Of a DNA stretch of 26,399 nucleotides, positions 10,379 to 25,085 are shown piece after piece (the stretch's first letter is position 1; every line of letters begins with the position of its first letter). The stretch comes from Macrostomum lignano. Its lineage: Eukaryota. A program made the position numbers and the translations under genes. The stretch spans positions 1-26,399 of the forward strand of contig NIVC01005093.1 of the NCBI GenBank assembly GCA_002269645.1. The letters are read 5' to 3'. The notes beneath the pieces were generated by a model. The model worked only from the letters and a program-made list of their open reading frames with translations, searched no databases and was not told the DNA's origin.

Positions 10379-12354
10379 TTGAAGTGTTTAAAATTTCCAA
10401 GTCATACAAAGATAGATTTTCTTGCTGCCCTATCAAGTATTTCTGCTGCATTAAATAGAGTCTTAGGAGGGAGAGGGATGAGGTTGAGAGGTCTTGTCAG
10501 ACTTCCTCTCTGACAAAAGCTACGCTGCTTTCCAGTATCAGAGTCTACATCTGTTTGCACGCTATTGCTTGGGGGATGTAATTAACAGAAACGCGAAGCA
10601 TTGCATGCATAAATAATCTCCCATGGAAAATGACTACTGCAATTTGCATATGCAGAGCTGCAGCTGCAATTTTGAAGGGAAGTCAATCCAACGGGGCAGA
10701 AAATTTCAAATAAGAGTTGATTACAAGCACGGTGAGCGCCAAAACACCCTCGGAATAAAATTAGCTCCAACAAAAATTGGACCTGCAGGGATAGGACAGA
10801 ACAAGAAAGGGGACGATTAGGGATTCCACCTAATGAGCTTAAGTTGACAGGCCCTTATAATGACTTGGGAGCCTTAAATTTTGTCGACCTTAAAAGTTCT
10901 GTGTTGTGAATGTGCATGCTCCATGCTATTAGGTAATGTACGCGCACACATGTACATCTATCATCACAAGTACTTATGTGCTGGAATGCAGCCCGAACGA
11001 AAGCTCCGGATCAACAAACCGACTTTATTCAATAGCTTGTCACGGATTGACTAAAGACTGCCTAGACATCCCCTCCAGGTCCCTTGCACTTAGTGATCCG
11101 CGGCACTGCGACAAGTTATCGATTACAGATTTCAAAATGAATTTCCGTACGTGCTGTATTGTTCCCAAGTGAAGCTTTTTTGCCAAGTACAGCTTCCTGG
11201 TGTCACTATGAGCAGAACGACGTGTCATTTGTGTACATACATGTGTAGGTTACTCGGGCTCCACTTTATGAGCTTAAGTTGGCAATCAGAGAAGCGACTA
11301 ATTTAAAGAATATATCGTCCATATTGATGAACCTTCAGATCTGTCGTTCTATCAAGGTGCAGCTGAAAGTAATCATCTTTGCTTGGTCGCACAGTTGGTG
11401 GCGGAGATGCTGCTGATGACGCTGTGGGCATCTTATCGGCAAAGAGAGGCGTGCACTCGCCGTTTCGTCGACTTTTATGTACAACCTTTCCACGCCTATG
11501 CGTAACACTGTGAGGTTAATCAAGTGAAGTTGAATCAGTGTCCTGTTGTGCCAGCTACTCAAATATTCTTGAACAGTACTGTGCATGAAATTTTAATTCC
11601 CATCAGCGCTTCAGCGTTCACTTGAGCTAGTTTTTTCATTGTCGAAGCTACTCAACCGATGCAAAAGAAATCTAATACACTACTAACAATAGCATATTCA
11701 AACCATGAGTAGCCTTATTTAACACCGCAAATTTAATGAAGATTTACTATTTTCATTCACCGAGTCCTACTGGTTCAACAGACCTCGGGCTAATGTAAAC
11801 TGCACCACATATGACGTACTCCGGTCGGCATTGCAGAAGCCGCCAAGCTAAATTATATTTGGAACTATTTTTATCAACCAATTGCCCATATTAGGCAGAA
11901 GTGTACGTCAATTTCTCGAAAAAATTCGGCGAGAAAAGAAAGTTGTTTGCTCATACTTAAACTACGCCAACTCCAAGCATGACGCTCCGTCTTAATCTCG
12001 ATGAAACGCTCAACTTTATGGCAATGTACTCACTGCGTGGCGCCCAGCCCCAGCATCATGCAGGACTGAGCCTAACTAAATGCTTTTTTCCATGGCTCTG
12101 TTTCTTTCTCTTTTCTTTCTCTTTTCAATTTCCTACCCCGCTTTGCTTCTCTCAGATTCATCTACGCTGTCCAAGTAAGCAGCTGCAGAGAATAGCTCTG
12201 CATAAAACAGGCCTCCTTACTCTCTGCTTCTCCCGAACAACTCACAGCTCACAAGCTACACAGAGAAAGAGTTACTCTCTGCCACCGTAAAATCCTGTCA
12301 GAACTCGACTGATTCGGAGGTTCACTCAGCTGTCTCGTCCACTCGCCAGCAACC

Positions 12355-13758
12355 ATGGCAGACATTTTCAAGCAGTTGTACAGCATTAACATTGTCAACT
12401 ACATCGGAGTCGAGGACTTCTCAGACCGGTTGAACTTTCTCTACACAGCAACACTTCTCACGATTTGCTGCACGATAACAATCGGCAGAGGCTACGTCAT
12501 GCACCCGATCAGCTGCTATTTGCCCAACACCTTCGGCAGCTATCACGAAGAGAAAGACATGAAAGGCCAGCTGGACTTCGTCAACAACTACTGCTGGTCC
12601 GAGGGTACGTACGCTGTGGATGTGAGAGAGTTCCACCTAGAGGGCACGTCAGATAGCGGCGGCCTCGAGCTGTACGCGGACAGGAAGATCAACTTCTACC
12701 AATGGGTGCCATTTGTGCTGGCGCTGCAGGGTCTGTGCTTCTACCTACCCAGAGTGATCTGGCACGCTGTGAGCTTCGGCCGGGCCGGCACCGACGTCGG
12801 ACACATTGTCAAGGTGGCGCGTGACGCGTCGCGCGCCGACGACAAGAAGCACGACCGATTGCTGAACCACGCCTGCCGCATGGTTGAGCAGATGCTGGAC
12901 AGGCAGGCGAACAAAGCCCGACCGGACGACCAGAGCCAGCTTGAAGGCATCCGGCGGGCCTGCAATCGATGCCTAGCGATTGTCATGCCGACGCGTTTTG
13001 TTGGCAGCGGGCTTATATTTACCTACCTGCTAATCAAGCTGACTTACATTGGAAACGCAATCGGTCAGTTAGCTCTAATGCAGAACTTTTTGCAGCTGAA
13101 TTCAACTCGCTATAGTCTACTCGGCATTAAATTGCTTGACGACATCATCTGGGGCAAGGACTGGCACAATACTATCGTGTTTCCTAGAATAGGCTGTTGC
13201 GCAGTCTACCTTCGCTCCGCTGCTCGCGGTAACTGGCAGTTCTCGCAGTGCTCCCTGCCAGTCAATATGATCTACGAGAAAATCTACGTATTTCTATGGT
13301 TCTGGTTTATTTTCGTTGCGTTGGCAACCATTTTCAGTACAATATCCTGGATCTGGAGATTGTGCAATGCGGCTATGAGCAGCAGATTTGTGCGCAAGTA
13401 CCTCAAGCTGGCCGACAACTACGAGGAGCTGAAGAAATCCGGTCAGGTGAAGGGCTTCGTTAGAAACTTTCTACGTCGAGACGGCGCCTTCCTAATGAAG
13501 ATGATCGCGCTGAATTGCGGTGATCTAATCTGCGCGGAGGTCATCCAGACGCTTTGGTTGCGCTACAAAAAAGCCAAAGGCTTCATAGCCCTGGATGAGG
13601 CCCAGCAGGAAAATCTCGAGAATGCGGTGCTGAAGCTCAGCTGCAAAAATTTGCCGCTGTCGACTGATAATAAGACTCGGCGTCGGTTTTTCCATCGTCA
13701 GCAGAGCCTACCGGTTAATTCGCTGTTCCGGCATGAGGAAGGCGACCCCAAAGCGTGA
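12355..13758 (+). CDS. inx: Innexin (innexin A), 467 aa, intronless CDS
   Basis: VEDFSDRLN before TM1. EL1 cysteines in ISCYLP and NYCWSEGT. FYQWVPF at TM2. EL2 FPRIGCC and QCSLPVN. EKIYVFLWFW at TM4. C-terminal FL..DG.FL..I..N.GDL motif. Confidence 0.97.
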   Translation: MADIFKQLYSINIVNYIGVEDFSDRLNFLYTATLLTICCTITIGRGYVMHPISCYLPNTFGSYHEEKDMKGQLDFVNNYCWSEGTYAVDVREFHLEGTSDSGGLELYADRKINFYQWVPFVLALQGLCFYLPRVIWHAVSFGRAGTDVGHIVKVARDASRADDKKHDRLLNHACRMVEQMLDRQANKARPDDQSQLEGIRRACNRCLAIVMPTRFVGSGLIFTYLLIKLTYIGNAIGQLALMQNFLQLNSTRYSLLGIKLLDDIIWGKDWHNTIVFPRIGCCAVYLRSAARGNWQFSQCSLPVNMIYEKIYVFLWFWFIFVALATIFSTISWIWRLCNAAMSSRFVRKYLKLADNYEELKKSGQVKGFVRNFLRRDGAFLMKMIALNCGDLICAEVIQTLWLRYKKAKGFIALDEAQQENLENAVLKLSCKNLPLSTDNKTRRRFFHRQQSLPVNSLFRHEEGDPKA

Positions 13759-15387
13759 GGGTTGACTGCATGTTTGCTGCGCCTACAGTTTCTCTCGAAT
13801 AGTGCCTGGTTAACACTCAACAGTGACACCCGCGTTGTGAGCAGAGATCGACCTAACTAGCATGTTTTGAGAGCATTTCGTGGTTCTGACTTCATCTTTG
13901 GCTGTGTAGTATAGCTTTAACTGTTCTGTAAACATGTGTTTTAGCAAAATTCTTGTTTGGTTCTGAAATCTTACTCATACGAAATTAGTAAAATCACAAA
14001 CTAATTTGCAGATTTTCTTAGAAATCAAAAAAAACGGTCCCTAAATCATTTGAATTTCATTTAAATGGCCCATAAAATTTTCGTTATTCTAACTTACCGC
14101 TTCTCTAACCCCGTTTTTCTTTACTTCTTTCAGATGTATTCAGATAACAATTCTTGATACAATACGGTTTCGTGTCGAATCTCTCAGATGTGCATTATTT
14201 TATTTATTATTATTTACTTAGTAATCATTGTAAACAGTGTGTATAAACACATTTTGTGACTCATTTATAAAGACATTATTTCTGCCATAGAGCCTATATA
14301 TTTTAATGTGTTTGTTATGATGACAATCTGAAGTTTGATCATTATGCGCCTTTAGACTAAAGAGATGAAATATACATATGTAATCTATACATTTAATTTT
14401 TTTATAATCAGAAATTATTAAATATTAAGAAGTGACGAAGCTGCACTTATTGTTGACAATACATTCACTTTTGCTGGTAGCAGTTCGGCGGAGTTCCTAA
14501 AGCATCTAGCTCGAAAAAGCCAGCCAAATGACTGCGAAATAGAGGACGGCAAAGTAAGCAGAGCTAGATCACGTCCTGCATTTGTCTGCAGGGTTCGGGA
14601 CAAACCACGCAACATAAGTGCACAAACGGTTGTTTAAACTTGGCTGGAATATAGGGTGCAGGGTGCCTATCGTAGCTACCGCTAGATTTCTTCCTTGTCT
14701 CTTGATGTTTTCTTTCTTTTCACCTTTATCGTCACATGCATAGATTTTGGCGTCTAATATTTGAATTTGTTTGTTTTTTAATGAGGACGAAAGCTATAGC
14801 TGACTAGAATTAGTCCATGAGAATATTTCTATATTGTAGTCATTAACGAAGTCGTTGAAAAAACAACAACCAAAAGTTACTTCGATCTCGGAAAAAACAG
14901 AAACATAAAATCAATGAGATTTAGTGGTACTCGAATGTCCAGAATCCAACATTGGAAAATTAATGTTTGTATTGAGATGTCGCATAAAACGATCTTATTG
15001 GACCGTAAGTATCAAAAAATTTACAATGAAAACGCTATTAGCTACATAGTCTATGACTTGTATTAAAAATATTACACACGACAATTATGGAAAATATTGT
15101 ATGAAAATATCAAGCTCGGGGCTACAGAAGTTTTAAAAAATTACGAGTGGTTTAATCATGGACTTCTATACTTAGCATGCTAAGTATAGAAGTCCATGGG
15201 TTTAATACAGAAATATATTCGGTAAAAGCACACATGCATTGGTGGCATAATAAGACTAATAAAGCTGTTGAAAACAAATGATCACATGAATGGACGATGA
15301 CACAAGTCGAATCTTGCGTGACTAATGGAATCAACAAACCTGACTGAAAAAACGGACAAATAGTGTTAGCATACAGCGATCCATATT

Positions 15388-16869
15388 CTAAGTTGTCGTT
15401 GAAATGCTTCTCTGATAAATCAGCCTGCGCCGCTTCTGATTAGCGGACTTGTCTTCGACGTCCAATCCGATGTCTTCGTCGACTTCCGAAGCCGGGGGCG
15501 CCGAAGGCTCCGCCGGTGGTTGGTGTGTCACCGGCTGCAACAGCAGCTTCGGTTTCTTGACTCTGGCCTGTTCTGGCAGTCCAGCAGTGGAGATGACCAC
15601 GAGGTTCTTGACTGAGACGCCTTGGTCTCCATGTGTCTCCTCGGCCTTGTGCACTCCGTTGGACCGCAGGAAGCGGATCCAGAGGCGGCGAAGAATTTCC
15701 GTGCAGGCCAGATCGCCGCAGTTTAGCGCAATCATTTTTAACAAAAAGGTGCCATCGTTTCTAAGAAACTCCAGTTCGAACTTCTTCAGCCAAGGATTGT
15801 TGCGCAACTGGTTGTAGTTATCCGCCAGCTTGAGGTACTGCTTTACAAAGCTGCTGCGCCGGTGACCATGGCTGTAAATGCGAACAACCCAGACGAGAAT
15901 GCTAATTGCTGTGGCCGAAGCTACAAATACCATCCAGAACCACAGGAAGATGTAGATCTTCTCATTGATCATGTTGATTGGAAGGGCGCACTGCGACATC
16001 TGCCAGTTGCCGACGCCAGCCGTTTTCATGTAGACAGCGCACGATCCTACTCTCGGGAACACCATGCTGTTCTCCCAGTAAATTCCGCTGCTCAGGTCGC
16101 CAAGAAGTCTCAGTCCGAAGAGTCCGTACTCAGTGTTGTTTAGATTCAAGAATCTTTGCATGATGACCAGCTGGCAGGAGGCGTTGATAAAGTACAGCGT
16201 TTTGATGGCGAGGTAGCTGCATATGATCGTATTGCCTTGCGGCTGAGTTGACAGTACCAGGCCAAACCGGTTTAGCGCCAGTTGTTGGACTGACCTCAGA
16301 GCCGAGTAATGGCTAAACTGATGACTGCGACTGAGTAGCTGCTCAAGCCTTGCACAGGCGTGCTGCATCAACTTGTTGTGCTTCTCCCTATCGGCCTGGA
16401 TAGCGTCGCGAACTGTGCGCACGATGTGAGCAACGTCCGTACCGGAGCGCTGATTAGTGATGAAGTTCCACAGCACGCGGGGCAAGTAGAACATGATGCA
16501 CTGCACGCCCAGCACCAAGGGCACCCATTGGTAGTAGGTGATTCGCTTGTCCCGGTAGCGGCCCAGTCCGCCGTCCTTTTGCGTGGCGTCGATGCTGAAC
16601 TGTCTCGGGTGGACGGCAAACGTGCCCTCCGTCCAGCAATAGTTGTTCACAAACAGTTCTTGACCTGCTGTGCCAGAGCCAAACATGTTCGGTATGTAGC
16701 AGGCCAGCGGGTGAAAGACGTAGGTTCGAACTGTGACCACCGAACAACATACTAGAAGTACGGTGACAGTAAACAGAAAATTTAATCGGTCAGGGAAATC
16801 CTCGAGTCCGATGTAGTTGAAGGCTTTCGGCAGAGCCTTGTACTGGTTGATGAGCTCGTTTGCCACCAT
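15388..16869 (-). CDS. inx: Innexin (innexin B), 493 aa, intronless CDS
   Basis: LEDFPDRLN, LACYIP, NYCWTEGT, YYQWVP, FPRVGSC, QCALPIN, EKIYIFLWFW, FLRNDGTFLLKMIALNCGDL. Confidence 0.97.
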   Translation of the reverse strand: MVANELINQYKALPKAFNYIGLEDFPDRLNFLFTVTVLLVCCSVVTVRTYVFHPLACYIPNMFGSGTAGQELFVNNYCWTEGTFAVHPRQFSIDATQKDGGLGRYRDKRITYYQWVPLVLGVQCIMFYLPRVLWNFITNQRSGTDVAHIVRTVRDAIQADREKHNKLMQHACARLEQLLSRSHQFSHYSALRSVQQLALNRFGLVLSTQPQGNTIICSYLAIKTLYFINASCQLVIMQRFLNLNNTEYGLFGLRLLGDLSSGIYWENSMVFPRVGSCAVYMKTAGVGNWQMSQCALPINMINEKIYIFLWFWMVFVASATAISILVWVVRIYSHGHRRSSFVKQYLKLADNYNQLRNNPWLKKFELEFLRNDGTFLLKMIALNCGDLACTEILRRLWIRFLRSNGVHKAEETHGDQGVSVKNLVVISTAGLPEQARVKKPKLLLQPVTHQPPAEPSAPPASEVDEDIGLDVEDKSANQKRRRLIYQRSISTTT

Positions 16870-17870
16870 TTTGAGGCAAAAGGCTTGCTATTCTCGATCG
16901 GCTGAAGCTGAAATGGTTTTAAAGTATGAGTTTATGTATCACTGTGGCACGATCGAGCGTTTCTCGCTTAATACTGTCTAGTGGCCAATGGATGGTTCGA
17001 CAAGGCGACCAAATTCTCGGGACAAGCTGGAAGAAAAACTGAGGAAAGGGGAGAGGGGAGAGATCTCTACGTATGGAGGCTTTCCCAATGCACGCACACT
17101 TTGGTAATCCCAAAATTTACAACACTGGGGGGGAGGGGCAGTCAGCCTGCATTGCTGTACAGTCAACACAAATAGCGGGACGAACGAACGTTCCTTAGAG
17201 GGTAGAGAAGGTTAAATCGATTGTACACTCGGAAAGGAAAAAGTATCAGTTGCTATCTTTATACGCATTCTTATCGTGTATTAACATAATATAGCTGCTT
17301 CCTATATGCTCTAAAATAGCTTGTCAGCTGAAAATACCATTCTCGCGCATGTATTCACATAAATGATGCATTGCAAATTACAGAGATATAATACTTACAC
17401 AGAAATAAATATTACAGGCACTTAGTTGCAAGATACACGCAGAAATACAAAAATTCTTGGATACTTTCGGACTGTAAGAGTCAATAAAAAATGAAACATG
17501 CAAAAAATTATGAGAATACATCTGACAAATGGCACATGTGATACATGCAATCTGTGCGATATTTCTCAAAAGAAAGATACTGTAGAGCAAACTGTATTTA
17601 CAAACTTACTGAAAGTAAAAGTTCAGAAAGTTTCTCACGGGACTGCTGTACCATCTTTGACCTTTTTTATTCACTCTAATATAAAGTTACGAGTACATGC
17701 AGCTTATTCACCCAGTTCAATCTCATCCTCGGAGTGACCGAAGTTCTCTGAAATTGCCGATTCAATTCTGACAATGCTGCTAGACACTAGGTAGCTCAAT
17801 GATTATGCCAAACTGATGGAAGACCGACATTTCACTGCCATTGCGGTATTCGACTGCCGACATTTTAGGC

Positions 17871-17915
17871 TAGGGTTAGGGTGGGGTTAGGGTGGGGTTA
17901 GGGTGGGGTTAGGGT
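17871..17915 (+). repeat. Telomere-like G-rich repeat (GGTTAGGGTGG)n, G-quadruplex-competent, inside a possible small MITE (about 17824-17975)
   Basis: TAGGGTTAGGGTGGGGTTAGGGTGGGGTTAGGGTGGGGTTAGGGT contains 8 G-runs. Flanking 9-bp inverted repeat TCACTGCCA (17832-17840) / TGGCAGTGA (17957-17965). Confidence 0.75.
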
Positions 17916-18104
17916 CAAATCTTCTCTACATGAAGTATATGGTGATATTTGAATTGTGGCAGTGATATAGGGCCAGTCTAAACCCGATAGCATAAGCTGG
18001 ATAAAATGGATAAAAAGATGAACGATGGCTCAAACGTCATAAAAGTCACTGTCACTTCGAGTTACACGTTTCTTCGGCGACTGTTTCTCATCCTGATGCC
18101 GCAG

Positions 18105-22174
<4,070 letters not shown>

Positions 22175-23536
22175 GCTTGGGCTTCGATGCGTGCGAGGTT
22201 TTGGCCGTGTCTTTGCTCTGTATTTTTGCTAGTACACAATTTGATAGTAGAAATAATATTTGCCGTTGGCTTGGTGCTGTCTAATGCTGCAGTTCTACTT
22301 GACTGGCAGGGGCTCTAGCGCTTTTAATAACGCGCGAATGGAGGGTTAGGGTGGGAGTGAAGAGAATAGAGGCAGAGAGAAGCACAGGGTCACAGGCTGT
22401 GCACACAAAGAACTTGCCTGCCCGTTAGCTTGTGAGATCCACGCAACCAACCTATGTCGCAAAAAAATACGCACAAAGCAATGGCCGTCTGGCCTCATTC
22501 GTTCCGTTGCATTCGAGCACAATATACTCGTAGGCGTTAATAAAGGCGACCAAATGATGCAGACAGACTCGCAATTTAGTCAAAGGCACAGGACACTTTT
22601 TTATAATTTGTGCTCCGTTTAAAACAACAATTTATTTAACGTTACACAGAATACATCCAAATAAGGAAGCGGTGCAGGGAGCCCTATATACTTGTATTGG
22701 TTGGCTGATGGGTACATTTATCGCAAGACAAGATACCTTATGGAGGTACGCAGAACAGTTTTAACAGTTTAAAGACAGCTCGAGAAAACGAATGAAAGAC
22801 AATGCTAATGCCGTATGTACAGTCAGTACATTTGCGCATCAAACTTACGTTAGGCTCGCTAGAGCAGAATGCGAGATTAACGCTTTTGGAAAATAAAATC
22901 TCGAAGCCAGAGAGCTCAAACTGACAGTCACGTGCTCATATCTTATTAAGCACGGTCAGGAAAATTTCACATGGTTACTCCAATCTGGCAACCAAAATTA
23001 CAAATCTGCCAATCTTTCTGCAGCTGGGGGTTCAATCTGGGTTATCAACTGCTAACAGGGTGCAACTTCCGTGCACTGAGCATCAACGCATAAGAGAAGC
23101 TATAAAAATAATAATATCGTCTTGAATGAACACACAGCCATGGCAATACTGTCGCAAGTGAGTCTTATCTGCTTGTTTCAGTTGCCAGATAAAGTGTTTA
23201 AGTGTTCGGAGCAGCCCTATCTAATAGCTAGCTAAAATGTGCATATCGCACTTACAGCGTCAATAAATATATTAATTCAGCCATTCAGTTACTTTATTAG
23301 GTGAATTAAACTATAAGCTTCTACGCTCGTAAGTGTCAATTGCTAGTCAGTGTAATTTAGTACCCCCTAATTGATAGTAAGCTTTCTAAGTTAGTAAGCC
23401 TTTAGGTGTGCACTGATAGTGTCTGTGGCTTTGTTAGCTGAAAAAATAGCTGACACTACATGTCGCAATTAGCGACCCCGTTGGGGTGGCAACAAAGACT
23501 GAAACAATTTTTTTTTAATAAACTACACGTAGCTTC

Positions 23537-23781
23537 TGACCTCTCAGCAATTCCCCGTAAGCCTTGACATCTCAGAAATTCCCCCCATAAGCCTTGACAA
23601 CTCAGCAATTCCCCCGTAAGCCTTGACATCTCAGCAATTCCCCCCAAGCCTTGACATCTCAGCAATTCCCCCCAAGCCTTGACATCTCCGCAATCCCCCC
23701 GTAAGCCTTGACATCTCAGCAATTCCCCCCAAGCCTTGACATCTCAGCAATTCCCCCGTAAGCCTTGACATCTCAGCAATT
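23537..23781. repeat. 28-30-bp minisatellite TGACATCTCAGCAATTCCCCC(GT)AAGCCT, ~8.5 copies
   Basis: Direct inspection. Units vary mainly in the C-run and the presence of GT. Confidence 0.93.
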
Positions 23782-24365
23782 TATGTTTGACATGACGCTT
23801 ATTTTAGTTTTGATTTGACGCTTCTGTTATTTTTGAAACATTTGGAGCGTTTTTTTTCCAGCACCATCAACTTAATTGGCATTTCTCAAAAGATGCTGAA
23901 ACTCTTCTGTAACTCTCTTCACGATCTTGTAGCAGATATTCTTCCCAGAGAGTTGATGTTGCTGTCAACTCGCAACGCAACAGGATCGGTGAAAATTTCT
24001 CGCCTACTTAAAAATCAATTCATTAAAGCACTTGAGGAGAGTAGAAGCTGTATTGCACTGCCAATGGCTTGGGATGCAAGCAGGTGCTGAAGACTCAGAC
24101 AGCCTGTCAGTCGTATTACTCAAGCAGACAGTACCAGACGAACAGGTGAAAGAACATGTTTTTTATTCAAAACTCAATATTTATTGCGACGCTCGTCTTG
24201 CTGATTCATCAGGAGCCGAGGTTCCCAGTTTGACTTTATTTAGTCGCGTCTGGTGAACGGCCGGAACTTCTTGCACTTGTAAAGCCCTCTGCAATTCAAT
24301 ATTCTGTGCTTGCCGAAGCTCATAAATTATTGAAAGCTTGGAAACTGGCTCAAAGAAGCTACCGA

Positions 24366-25085
24366 ATGGTGCTTCTGCTGCTGCTGCTGTTGAGCTCACC
24401 CGGTGTGTCCTCGGGCCAGGTTTACCAAGCTATGTCTGGCTTTCTCTGCATCCGGCCTGGGTTTACCGGAAGCGAGCCTCGAGCCAGGTCCGACATCGAG
24501 TGCTCGCTACTCTGCAGCAGGGAGCGGCGCTGTCAGGCGTTCAGCCTGGCTGATGGTCCGTGCCAGGTGTTCGTGTTCGACAAGTGCAGCAAGTCGGTGA
24601 AGGTCTGCGGCTGCTCTAGGAGAGGCCAGGTGTTCGTGAAGCAGCAGCCGGGACTCGAGCCGGGCGCGCTGTGTCCGTCCGACTTCGGAGGCGACCACTG
24701 CGGAGTGAAGTACAAGCTGCTGAATGATACCAACACCTGGGCAGTGAAGAGACAGAGGTGCGAGTCGGAGAGCGGTCTGGTGATCATGGCGGACGTGACT
24801 GACAGCGCCGACCTGGCTGCCATCGGACAAGTTTTCAACACAAAGGCTGGCAGCGGCCCCACATGGCTCGGCGGCTTCCAGACTCCGGGCAGCGTGGAGC
24901 CCAACGGAGGCTGGCGCTGGGTGGCCTGCAACATCAGCTTTGACGCCGGCCTATGGGGCAGTGGAGAGCCTGACAACTGGGGTGGCATCGAGGACGCAAT
25001 TTTACTGCGTGCTGCCTTCTTGGGAGACGGCGCGCAGGCAGACTCAAACGGGCTGGCCTGTGCGAGTGCTGTCGCCTTTGGCTGA
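24366..25085 (+). CDS. Secreted PAN/apple + C-type lectin domain protein, 239 aa, single exon
   Basis: First in-frame ATG at 24366 gives signal peptide MVLLLLLLLSSPGVSSG. PAN-type ARSDIECSLLCSRERRCQAFSLADGPCQVF. Long-form CTLD: CPSDF...C..KY...W......C, WLGG, GGWRW, WGSGEPDN, ED and a terminal Cys. Confidence 0.9.
   Translation: MVLLLLLLLSSPGVSSGQVYQAMSGFLCIRPGFTGSEPRARSDIECSLLCSRERRCQAFSLADGPCQVFVFDKCSKSVKVCGCSRRGQVFVKQQPGLEPGALCPSDFGGDHCGVKYKLLNDTNTWAVKRQRCESESGLVIMADVTDSADLAAIGQVFNTKAGSGPTWLGGFQTPGSVEPNGGWRWVACNISFDAGLWGSGEPDNWGGIEDAILLRAAFLGDGAQADSNGLACASAVAFG

Noticed and set aside
11339-11505. Plus-strand open stretch ...QLVAEMLLMTLWASYRQ... faintly like the innexin C-terminal D-L...TLWxxY motif; similar TLWEEY on the minus strand near 23940
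   Set aside because: Only 4-5 matching residues and no other innexin motifs nearby. Chance similarity cannot be excluded without a profile search.
14420-14636. About 70-codon stop-free plus-strand stretch between innexins A and B
   Set aside because: No start codon, convincing splice context or recognisable domain.
15449-16755. Antisense or alternate-frame ORFs overlapping the innexin and lectin CDSs (also 12421-13463, 18006-18430, 21292-21593, 24338-25129)
   Set aside because: Shadow ORFs expected in GC-rich coding sequence, with no independent motifs.
22983-23190. hAT-like end motifs ATCTGGCAAC / GTTGCCAGAT
   Set aside because: They face outward, there is no TSD, and they do not delimit an element.
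23815-24256. Two adjacent plus-strand ORFs (91 and 74 aa) upstream of the lectin
   Set aside because: Non-ATG starts and no recognisable motif. Could be a decayed coding fragment but this is unsupported.
24306-24365. N-terminal 20-codon extension of the lectin ORF given by the ORF track
   Set aside because: It starts at a non-ATG codon. The ATG at 24366 directly precedes a clean signal peptide.
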